DNA of 19,823 bases from Utricularia gibba. Its lineage: Eukaryota > Plantae > Magnoliophyta. Below are positions 8,822 through 19,305 of this stretch, piece by piece; position 1 is the stretch's first letter; the number at the start of each line of letters is the position of its first letter. Under the pieces are notes generated by a model. That model ran no database searches. It worked only from the letters and a program-made list of their open reading frames with translations, and had not been told where the DNA came from. Location: assembly GCA_002189035.1 (NCBI GenBank), contig NEEC01000170.1:1-19823 (forward strand), read 5' to 3'. Position numbers and translations under genes: made by a program.

Positions 8822-11800
8822 ATGGCTTGGCCGACTCAGTTAGAGGTATAGATTGGTTCATATTACGCTGCTATTTGTTTTATGTTCTGATTTCCTTAAA
8901 ATGAGGTTGGATCGGCCGCTTTCACTTTGGAAAAATCATGTTTTTGCAGTTACAAGTGATCAAAACAAAGGTGTCTGAAATGTCTGGTAGAGATTGTAGT
9001 GAGGTTCGTGTTGCTGCTGCCCCCTATAGGATTTGTCCTCTCGGTGCTCACATTGACCATCAGGTTTGTATTCTTTGCATGGTGCTTAGTAGATGTTTAT
9101 GCATTGATGTGGAGAAGTGATCAATCAAGTAAACGGGTAGAGTGTATTATTTGTTAAGGTGCAATTTGAATCTTGATTAGTTTTTATGATAAGGAAAAGA
9201 ACATTGCATTTTTTGCTAGATTTGTGAGGTATTCTGAGTTGTAAGACATTCCATAGGGTGGAATTGTTTCAGCCATGACAATCAACAAGGGAGTACTTCT
9301 TGGTTTTGTTCCTTCTAAGGATTCCGAGGTACTATTTTACTGATCAGTAACTCGAATTTGCTTGCCTCTTGTTAAACCTTTGTGCATGTTCAGTAATTGT
9401 ATACAGGACAAACCTTATATGTTAGTTGATGTAGAAATGACTTAAAGTTTCCTTTTTCTATCTTCGCAGGTCATTATACAATCAGGACAGTTCAAGGGAG
9501 AAGTTAAATTTAGGTGATGGTTACATTCCTTTTGTTGCTGTTATCATAATTTGTGGTCTATAGCATGTTTGTTTGCATAACAGAGTAGATGAGGATCAAA
9601 CACTTGAGAAGGATGTCGAACTAAATAATGGTTGGGGTAATTACGCTCGGGGAGCAGTTTATGCATTAAAAAGCAGAGGCAACCCTTTAAAAAAGGTCTG
9701 CTGATGCATATGCAATGTATATGTTATATAATAGCATTTTTTAGCAATTTTTGAGACAATGATCGTTAATGGTTTTGAAAATTTAGATGTGAACAGATGA
9801 TGCATGTTTGATAAAATAGAAGAAAAAACTCTTTATTAGTTTTGGGAAGTGTTAGTGCTTTTTTGTGGATTTAAAAGGTAAACTTACACGCATTTTTTAA
9901 ATTAATAAAATGATAAGAAATTAGTAAAGAATTGGGGTCTTTCTAGAGTTTGGAAAATATACTAAAAAGCATATGAGAAAACCATGTAGTAATCACACTT
10001 AGTGTAATATTTTACTGTTGGCAGGGGATAATTGGATATATATGTGGTGTGGAGGGGCTTGATAGTTCGGGTCTCAGTTCCTCAGCTGCTGTAAGTATCT
10101 TTCTCTTTTTTTTTTTTCATATTGGTTTGATGTTTTTCTTTTGAATTTAGAATTGGAAACTAATTTCCCTACACAACTTTCTTGTTCATTTATAGTAATA
10201 TCATTTTTGGCTTCTCGTTTCCCTCTTTATGATAGGTGGGGGTGGCTTACCTGCTTGCTTTTGAAAGTGCAAACAAACTCATAGTATCTCCTTTAGAAAA
10301 TATCGAGTATGATAGGTAAGACTCACTTGATACATGGCATTCTAATTCGAATAAACTTGGAGCAGTTCCCCTTAGTTTTTACAGATCTTGGGCTCATCAA
10401 GTGTTTCATCTACTTTTCTTACCATTCAAATTCTCAGTGCTCTTTCTTATTTCACATGAAGGTTAATTGAAAATGAGTATCTCGGATTAAAAAACGGAAT
10501 CCTCGATCAATCTGCTATACTTCTTTCAAGCTATGGTTGCTTAACTTGCATGAACTGCAAGGTGATTCTTGAGTTTTGCTGTGAGGGGTTTACTTTTGTT
10601 ATCTTTTTTGAGAGGAAATTGCTTCATTACAGACGAAAGAGTCAGCCTTATTCGCCCTCCAGATGATGTAACAACAAAGAAGTTCAAGATCTTGCTAGCA
10701 TTTTCTGGCTTGAAGCAAGCTCTGATAAAAAATCCAGGCTATAATAGTCGAGTCGAAGAATGTCAGGAGGGAGCCAAGTCACTGCTTCGGTAAAATTCTT
10801 GAGAGTCTTATCATTTTTTTATGTCTAATTCTTTCATCCTAAAGAACGCACTCCTGGCAGGGCTTCTGGTAATCCTGGGTTGGAACCTCTCCTATCCAAT
10901 GGTAACTATATAGCCTAAGATCTTGTTAAACCTGAAGACAAAAAAAAAAAAAAAAAAACAATCCTACCAAAAGATCACATAGTTTGTCTATTTTAGCATC
11001 CGAAAAGTAATGATAAACCTTTTTTTGTCGATATTATATATTCCTGACTCATTTTTTGACTCCCGGTGTGACGCTTATCCTTCTTGAGACTCTTGATTTT
11101 GCTAAAAGGCTATTTGAAAACTATCAAAATATTATTCCTTTACTTTCTAGTCTTTTATGAATTTCACATTTCTGTCAAATGAATGCAGTTGAGCCAGAGG
11201 TTTATGAGGAGTATAAGGTGAGTCATGACAAGTTTGATTCTTGAACCATTTCTTTTCTTTTGAAATCTCACTAATATTGTATTCTTTTGCAGCGGATCTT
11301 GAGACCAAATCTGGCTAGAAGAGCAGAGCATTACTTTTCAGAAAACAAGAGAGTTCTCAAAGGACTTCAAGCATGGGGTTCTGGCAAACTTGATGAATTT
11401 GGGCAACTGATAACTGCATCCGGTTTGAGTTCCATTCACAACTACGAAAGTGGTACGTTTTTCCCAAACTATATTCACATTATAAATGTTAGTGCCAATT
11501 CACATGAGAGTGTTGGATTCTTATCTTGATCAATGTAAAACTCTTGGTAAAACCAGAAAGGCCATAGTCAGAAGGCTACCCTTTAAAATCCTGCATGCGT
11601 AACATAGTCATCTTTCCATCTGATGTGAGACAACATAAGATTCATGCCATGTGATACACAGGTTGTGAACCACTGATTCAGCTGTACGAGATTCTACTCA
11701 AAGCTCCGGGAGTTCTTGGAGCTCGTTTCAGCGGCGCCGGATTCCGGGGTTGCTGCATAGCATTAGTCGACGCCGAGCATGCCGATAACGCAGCGGCGTT

Positions 11801-11903
11801 CGTCACAGAAGAGTACGAGCGGATTCAACCCACATTGGCTGCACAGGTGAAGGGAAAAATGGTCTTGATGTGTGATCCTGGTGATTGTGCTCGTGTCATC
11901 TGA
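8822..11903 (+). CDS. GALAK: Galacturonokinase (GHMP kinase family), 13 exons: 8822-8845, 8950-9063, 9257-9328, 9470-9513, 9584-9695, 10025-10090, 10236-10315, 10462-10561, 10633-10789, 10861-10901, 11189-11217, 11293-11452, 11662-11903; about 413 aa once a -1 frameshift at 10641 is corrected
   Basis: MAWPTQLE start, APYRICPLGAHIDHQGG, WGNYARGAVYAL, GLDSSGLSSSAAVGVAYLLA, NGILDQSAILLS, KILLAFSGLKQAL..NPGYNSRVEECQ, ARRAEHYFSEN, GARFSGAGFRGCC, VLMCDPGDCARVI-stop. These match recalled Arabidopsis GALAK throughout. All introns are GT-AG with consistent phases; exon sum +1 = 1242 nt. Confidence 0.95.
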
Positions 11904-12278
11904 GATAAGCACCAACTTCAAACTTGTTCATCTTTGTCCAGGGGGTGATCAGCCTCTCATTCTTGAATGGTTTCTCTATTTTTCCATCATTTTTTTTTAT
12001 TTAAATCTACATTCATATTGAAACACAAATATATTTATTGGATGGCTTACTTAATTCTATTATGATAAAGTATAATATAAATCTTATTATTTCAAAAAAA
12101 AATCCCTATAATTTTCTATTATGCACATTTTAATAATATTTTATATAAATATAATAATTATTTATTTTGTGTAAATTAATCTCAATGTTATTTAATATTG
12201 AACAAATTAAGATCAAGCACTTGAAGAGTTGGTAATTGTATTTAATTGAAAGTTGGGTCAAATTCTATTTTAAAATGA

Positions 12279-12307
12279 GGCCCAATAAGTGGAAGCCCAA
12301 TAGCCCA
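12279..12307 (+). promoter_or_regulatory. Site II (GGCCCA/AGCCCA, TCP-type) cluster in the SART1 promoter
   Basis: GGCCCA 12279-12284, AGCCCA 12294-12299 and 12302-12307, upstream of a pyrimidine-rich 5'UTR-like stretch. This arrangement is typical of housekeeping gene promoters. Confidence 0.55.
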
Positions 12308-12440
12308 TGTCTGTCTCAGGTGGCCGCCCAAGGAATCGATTTCTTTTAAAGATTGGTTGGGGTTCTCTGTTATGACGCTGCTGAGCTTCGTTCTCTTCCA
12401 ATTCGCTGCTTCTCTTGGCTGATTTCGCGTTGCTTTGAAG

Positions 12441-12872
12441 GTGGGTGCTGAGAAAGATTTTGTATTTCTAGCGTTTTTATCTATTTCGAACTATTTGTTG
12501 TGAAATTCATTTACGCTTGAACCCTATGTCAAAAGGTTGTTGTCTGGTGATGTGTTGCGGGATTGGTAAACGATGCTAAAATGTTCTTCTTTCTGGGTTT
12601 ATCACGTTCATTTGAGAATGAGGATTAACTACTGCCAGCTTCGAGTCTATGAAGTTCAAAGGTTTTCTTTTAACTTGATTATCTGGTGGCTTCAAACATT
12701 TTTCATGTTGCACTCGGCGGGATCTCTTCGTCGATCCCCATATATTTTTCTGCAGTATTCCCTGTTCTCTACTTCTTTATATTGCTTCCGATAGATGGTA
12801 TATATGGTTAAGATACTGGGAACGGGTAGATTCTGAAGGCATTTATTCTTATTTCATTTTTATTGTATGCAG
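12441..12872 (+). other. Predicted 5'UTR intron of SART1
   Basis: Donor GAAG|GTGGGT at 12441 and T-rich acceptor TTGTATGCAG| at 12872, 74 nt upstream of the ATG at 12947. Inferred from splice signals, not from transcript data. Confidence 0.6.
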
Positions 12873-12946
12873 GTGCTGCTGTGAGCCTGCTTTATTCAGT
12901 CCCGTTTTTTGATACTAGACTCTGCGGGGAGTTTTTGCGTTTCAAC

Positions 12947-15900
12947 ATGGGAGAGGACTATGCTGGCTCTGGGTATGGTAGAAGTTCTGAGATAGATTCA
13001 AAAGATGGCATGCCTTCTGGTGAAAGGCGGGGAAGGCACCTTGATGATTCTGAAGAAATTGAGCATGGTGAATTGCAGGAATCAGGTAGGCATCATAAGT
13101 CCAACAAAAGTGGGCAAAAGGAGGAGAAAGAGTACAGGAGTAGGGATCAGGAACGGTCAAAATCTTCAGGTGCTCCTAGGGAGAAGAAGGACCCTGATAA
13201 AGACGGAAATTCTAGTAGGGATCAACGTAAGGATGACAGAGATGAACGAGAAAAGGATAAACATAGAACTAAAGACCGTGGAAAAGATTCTGGTCGAGAG
13301 AAACACAGGGAACCCAGTAGGGATAAAGATCGCAAGGATCGCGAGAATGAGAGGGATAGTGAACATAGGAGGGATAAAAAATATGGAAAGGATGGTGATC
13401 TGAAAAGGGATAAAGATAAGGAAAGGGAGAAGATCAGAGGAAAGGAAAAAGATAGGGAGAAGGAGAGGGATAGAAAGAAAGACAGGGAGCCAGAAATCCA
13501 CAAAGAGAAGGACAGGGCAAGGGAATATGGTAGAGATAGGGGTAGAGATTCTGCAGAAAGAGAGAAATTTAGAGATAGGAATAAGGAGAATGAAATGCAT
13601 GTAGATCAACCAGTAAACCGGGAGAATGACAGGCATGGAAGCACTCACACCCAAAGGGATGGAAGTAATGGAAGGAACGAGGATATTGATAAATATGGTT
13701 TGTCTAAACTGGAAGATGATTTTTCTCGAGATAAGCAGCCACTTGTAGAGCCAAGTGATAACTCTTCTTTTGAACCTGAGACAAGGATTGTGAGTAAAGA
13801 AGAGAAATCCGACACTAACACTCGAACATCAACATCTGAGATAGAGGAGCGCATTCAAAGGTTAGATAAATGCCTCAATTTTTAATCCCATTTTTGTCAT
13901 CCCGTTTCCTTTCATGTTTCTTGCACCTTCCAAATCACATGGTACATCTTCATGGTCACTGGTATAAGTCTGATTGAGTCATCAAATGAGGTCAAAGAAA
14001 AGGAAATAGAATGCAAAGTCACTTCAGTGCGTAGGTTACATTCTTGCATTCAACTGTAATGTTTACAATGGCTTTATTTTTCTCTGAGTTTTTTAGTACG
14101 TGTGAGAATGATTTCTACCCCCTTTTTATCACTGGATTAAACAGTCTTGATTGATCCTCATCCATGTGGTTTGAGGTCTTTATCTTAGCTTCTGCATACT
14201 GGGAAACATTTCCTGTGTGCTGAAAGGGATATCACCTTCGATGTATATGCATGTGAATTTTTGTTATACTTGATACCAGAATGAAAGAGGAAAGATTGGC
14301 GAAGTCATCAGAAGGTGCTTCTGAGGTTCTATCCTGGGTAAGTAAAAGCCGGAAACTTGAGGACAAAATGAAAGCTGAGAAGGAAAAGGCCTTGAGACTT
14401 TCGAAAACTTTTGAAGAACAGGTGATTCTTTTAAATTTTTCCACCTAAAAAATTCGGGCTCTTGTGTGTGTGTGTTTGCTGATGAGGAAGGATTCTTTTT
14501 TCTCCTTACAGGACAACATCAATGATGAGGAAAGTGACGAGGAGGCACCACAAACAGGTATGCCACTTTCTTTTATATTTTCTTTGAGCATTTACATTGT
14601 TTAATGAACCATTTTCTGTATTCATGTGAAGATGGAAAATTAATTTTTTGTGATTCTGATCCATTAAGAAGGCCTCTAACATGCATTTATTTCATGATCT
14701 GTTGAACCTGATACATGCAAGTCCATTAGGACTCCTATGGGAAGTTATTGTTATTTGTTGTAGCCTATGGATGTGATTTGCACAGTTCCATTTATCAAGC
14801 TTGTTTTTTATGGATCATAAATAAGATCTTGGCGGGGTCAGAGTTCTGCAGCATGGTTTAGAGAGAGTAGCCGAAGGTGGGGCGATTGTCCTTACGCTCA
14901 AAGATCAGAGCATACTGGCTGATGGAGATATCAATCAAGGTACCTATTTAGTGGTATTTTTTTTCTCCATTTCCAGCTTTTCTTCTGATTTTTCATCCAT
15001 TTGGTATTTTATGGAATCAGATATCCTAAGGTGACGTTAAAATTGTATATACCAGAGACAGATGTGCTGGAAAATGTGGAAATTGGAGAGCAGAAGCGAA
15101 GGGAGGAAGCTTACAAGGCTGCAAAAAAGAAAACAAGTCTTTATGATGACAAGTACAATTTTCCTGCCATAGGTGTTGATTATCTTCTGTGGGTAAAATG
15201 CGATCAAATTTGTTTCCTATCACCTATTTACAGGTTCAATGATGAAGCTGCTAACGAGAAGAGAATATTACCGCAGTATGATGACCCAGTTGTTGATGAG
15301 GTTTATGTTACACAAATCTTGGATGTCTTCTTCCGTGAACTCACCTTCATTATATCCCTATTCATTGCTTCTTTCCTCCTGACAGTGGATGACCCTCGAT
15401 TCAAGTGGTCGTTTCACTGCTGAAGCTGACAGGAAACTGGAAGAGGTAACTTGATTTCTCTTGTGTTTTTGAATTATCTCACATGGTGTCTAAAATTCGT
15501 TTTTTAGTAATGCCACAGCATTTTTATGATTTTTGAGAATATGTTAACAGCTTAGGAAAAGACTCCATGGAGCGTCCACTAGATTCAAGGGTGAAGACCT
15601 CAACTTTTCTACCAAGGTGTCATCAGATTATTATACTGAAGAAGAAATGGTTGCAAAGTTCAAAAAGCCAAAAAAAAAGAAAGCTATGAGGAAGAAGGAG
15701 AAGTTGGACCTTGATGCACTTGAAGCAGAGGCAATAATTTCTGGATTAGGCTCTAATGATCTTGGTTCACGGGACGATGGAAGAAGGCAAAACCTTAGAG
15801 AAAAAGAAGAAATGATTCACGCTGAGATGAAAAATAAAGCTTACCAGTTAGCATATGCTAAAGCAGATGAAGCATCTAAAGCACTTCGACTGATGCAAGG

Positions 15901-17422
15901 GACTCACACTCAAGGAAAAGAAGACGATGATCTTGCATTTGCTGATGATGATGATGACCTTCAGAAATCATTGCAAAGGGCTAGAAAAATAGCCCTTGAA
16001 AAGAAACCAGAGAATGAAAAACCTCCGCTGTTGATAAATATACTTTCAGCTACCTCTTCCAGCAATTTAGAAGCCAATAATTTGAGTATGGGTGGGGGGG
16101 ATCAACAGGAAAACAAGGTTGTCTTCACAGAGATGGAAGAGTTTGTCTGGGGCCTCCAGCTTGATGAAGGTTTTGTAGCCTTCCAAATCACATATTTTCC
16201 AACCGAATCACTCCTTCTATCCATCACCTTAATAGGGATCTTCATTTTTTTTTTTTTTATCATGATTCAATTCATTTATAGCTGTTCCATCCAGCATTTT
16301 CTAATAAAAATTGAATGTCTTCATGTTTCTATTCATATTTTTGCCAATTTTGGTAGGCTTACTGTGGATTTTCTTACTCCAACAGAAGAGAATAAGCCCA
16401 AGGGTGAAGATGTTTTCATGGAAGAGGACGAGAAACCCATCATAGCTAGTGATGGTGATGCGATGGAGGTGGAGGATGAGAGTAGCAAGTGGGAAAAGGT
16501 AACAGAAACCGCCCAGGAGGCTCCTGCTGAAAGCAAAGAAGAGGTGATCCCTGATAGTACCATTCATGAAGCATCAGTTGGGAAGGGTCTGGCAGGTGCT
16601 CTTAAATTGCTGAAAGATAGAGGGACACTCAAGGAAAATGTTGAATGGGGTGGTAGAAACATGGACAAAAAGAGAAGTAAACTCAGTGAAATTCATGGCA
16701 GTGATGAAGCTAGGGAAATACGCATTGAGAGGACAGATGAGTACGGCCGAACAGTAAGTCAACTTCTTTTGATGATTCGTTGGATGTCTCTCCCTTCGTA
16801 ATTCGCCTGTCTATAAAACCTGGTCTGCTGCCTGTTTAGATATGCCCAAGTGTGTGCCGAACAGCAACACACCAACCTGCTTTCATCCTGACTTTCTTCA
16901 CCTGTGTTCAACAGATGACACCAAAGGAGTCTTTTAGGCAGCTCTCCCATAAGTTCCATGGAAAGGGTCCTGGGAAAATGAAGCTAGAAAAGCGAATGCG
17001 GCAGTATCAAGAGGAATTAAAGGTGAAAAGAATGAAGAATGCTGATACACCATCTCTTTCGGTAGAGAGGATGAGGGAAGCTCAAGCTAAATTGCAGACA
17101 CCGTATCTTGTTCTCAGCGGTCATGCTAAACCCGGGTATGATCCTGTTTCAATTGTTCATCTTTCTTGCTTGCAATCATACTGGGAATAAGGTGTTAAGA
17201 ATTTGATTATTCCAGGCAAAGTAACGATCCTGGTAGCTTTGCACCTGACGACTTTTCTGGAGGATTGACCCCCATGCTGGGTGACAAAAAGGTGAGCATT
17301 AGACTTGTAAAATGCATACTCGTTTCCCCACACAGCATCTGCCTTCTACATTTTCGTATTGGCTTCCCCTTGGTTTTCAGGTAGAGCACTTCTTGAACAT
17401 AAAGCGCAAGCCGGGGCCATGA
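12947..17422 (+). CDS. SART1: SART-1 / Snu66 / DOT2 U4/U6.U5 tri-snRNP-associated protein, 12 coding exons: 12947-13860, 14280-14421, 14512-14557, 14826-14939, 15056-15152, 15234-15300, 15386-15445, 15551-16169, 16386-16753, 16915-17135, 17216-17291, 17381-17422; 921 aa, frame intact
   Basis: Charged RD/RE/KD low-complexity N-terminus, then [161 protein letters not shown]. Exons sum to 2766 nt = 922 codons with consistent GT-AG phases. Confidence 0.95.
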
Positions 17423-17667
17423 ATGAGCACTTCTAATGCCCTACTGTGAAATTTGGAGGCATGGGGACATACACTAATTCCAAATTTGCAGTACCACATT
17501 GTGTCCTACAATTTGATACGGCTGTTTTGAAAAAACTTGTAAGATCCTTAAAAATGAAAAACAGACCACCCTCCAAAAAAGAGGTTCTCTTTCAATCCAG
17601 ATATTGGTTTCAATCAGGAAAACACACCCGTAAAGGAGAAGAGGACTGTTGCTGGCCACCAGAACAA

Positions 17668-17723
17668 GTTGTATGCAGAGCAGAGGCGGCGGAAGTATTT
17701 GAAGCCAGCCCTGGAGGCGAGGG
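17668..17723 (-). pseudogene. Short remnant of an O-methyltransferase 3' end (paralogous to 18833-18888)
   Basis: 50/56 nt identical to 18833-18888. Minus strand reads LASRAGFKYFRRLCSAYN versus [18 protein letters not shown] in the neighbouring OMT. Flanks lose similarity and an in-frame TAA lies a few codons upstream. Confidence 0.8.
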
Positions 17724-18802
17724 CCTCCCGATGATCCCATTACTGCAAACCACCTTCAAGTTCTGCTTCCGATACTGAAATGGCTGTGGAGTTTGGGACC
17801 CACAGAGACAAAAATTTGTGAAATATTTGGTTGAAGCATAAATCAATGGAAAACAAGTGGAATTCATACTAAAATTAGAATGCAAATTAATGTGGACCGG
17901 TTTCCAATTTTGGGCCCGGCCGCTCTCCAGAATTACTGAAAATGGGCCTAGGCCAAATATAATTCATTACAAGCGGCCCGTTTTGGCGATTTTCTCGCTC
18001 CTAAACGTAGGGAGATATGGGTATTTTCATACCTGATTTTAATAAAATAATAATTTATCCTAATTATCTAATTTTATTTAATTATCATAATTATTTATTT
18101 TAAGACAAATAATTAATATTGATACTGTAGAAAACGAGATTAATAAAATAATAAATGTATATTAAACTATATAAAGTGTTCTTTATAATATTAAATACAA
18201 AAGTGTCATATTATCCAAATAAATTAAATTCACATACTAAACATTATTTTTCATATAAAATTAACAAAAAAGCGAATTAAATAGTTATTATTTTTCGTGC
18301 TCCAATTCATTGCAATACTCTGCCCATGGGAACCTCATATTTGGCTGGTGTTTTCTCTTGCAATAGAAACGCTTCTTTTGCAAGTTCGTTTGGGTATTTT
18401 TTTTCAATATATTATTTTTATATATTTTTAAACCATTTTTATTTTGAAAAATAAATCTTATTTTTTTAATATATGTGAGGATAACAAGGACATTGTAATA
18501 CATATTCTTTAAAACTATAGACCAATTAGTTAAAAGCATATATTTAGTTTGAAAATAAACATTTTAAATATATTATTATTTAAAGTAAAACAATTATATG
18601 AATATGTTTTGGTAGGCCAATTTGTGTCAAATCAACAGAAGCTTTCCATTTAATGCATTCGAGCAAGGTGTGGTGATGGTCGCCGGTAAGTAGTTTTGGG
18701 GAGGTACATCCACCCACTCCGAGCAGAACAAAATAAAGACATGTCAGAAAAAGGACACCGGAAAGGTAAAGACGACTGACCGTTGCTTCCCCCATTTGGG
18801 TT

Positions 18803-19305
18803 TCATTTGGTGAGCTCCATGACCCAGAGGAGGTTGTACGCAGAGCAGACTCGCCGGAAGTGTTTGAAGCCAGCCCTGGCGGCGAGGGTGCGGAACTCCT
18901 CTTCTGTCCTCTCCTTGCCGCCCGGGAAGAGCCCGAGCATGATGATAACGAGGTTGGCGACCTTCTGGGTGGCCAGGGAGAGGTCAGGGGCGTCGGGGAG
19001 AATGGAATCCACCACGATCACTTTCCCGGACGGGGGGATGGCTTCGTAGCAGTTCTTGAGCAGCTTTTCGCAGTGGGCGTCGCTCCAGTTGTGGAGGATC
19101 CACTGCATGTGAATCAGGAGACCTAATTTAGAATGAACCCAACTCGACGCTGTAGGGATTGAGAAGCAGTGTCTAACCTTGAGGAAGATGGCGTCTCCTT
19201 TAGGGACGCTGAAGAAAATGTCGCCGACCACGTTTGGATACGTAGATAAGATGGCGTCCCGCGGAGGACGTGCTCCAGGTCGAGGATGACGCCCTGTAGG
19301 TGAGA
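18803..19305 (-). CDS. Class II (COMT-like) SAM-dependent O-methyltransferase, C-terminal third only (exons about 19305/19293->19178 and 19102->18803); -1 frameshift at about 19233; 5' part not found in the window
   Basis: [20 protein letters not shown] (cf. PHIKGINFDLPHV), [18 protein letters not shown] | [36 protein letters not shown]...[19 protein letters not shown]...WVMELTK-stop. GT-AG intron at 19177->19103 in the conserved K|W position. Confidence 0.85.

Noticed and set aside
10940-10958. A19 run in a GALAK intron
   Set aside because: No target-site duplication or SINE body visible; treated as a simple homopolymer.
12942-13854. Long antisense and alternative-frame ORFs (e.g. 13166-13654, 13222-13503) with FLSLS-type repeats
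   Set aside because: Shadow frames of the purine-rich RD/RE/KD low-complexity SART1 exon.
13926-14075. Possible H/ACA snoRNA in SART1 intron 2 (ANANNA-like boxes, GAATGCAA/TTGCATTC stem, downstream ACA)
   Set aside because: The first hairpin is unconvincing, the ACA is poorly placed, and it is lost in the duplicate. It would need snoReport/Rfam support.
15386-15388. TGG (Trp) at the start of a SART1 exon where I recall Gly in homologues
   Set aside because: A single substitution that keeps the frame. It could be divergence or a base-call error; not informative alone.
17381-17435. SART1 C-terminus ends KRKPGP-stop, shorter than recalled homologues, with a GGGG run just before the stop (possible sixth frameshift)
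   Set aside because: Adding a G gives KPGAMNEHF-stop, which restores no motif I recognise. The tail is poorly conserved anyway.
17905-18010. Site II-like GGGCC motifs between the SART1 and OMT 3' ends
   Set aside because: No adjacent gene start can be identified; short motifs alone are insufficient.
18580-18795. 71-aa minus-strand ORF with a hydrophobic N-terminus starting just after the OMT stop
   Set aside because: Lies in the expected OMT 3'UTR, has no promoter room and no recognisable family.
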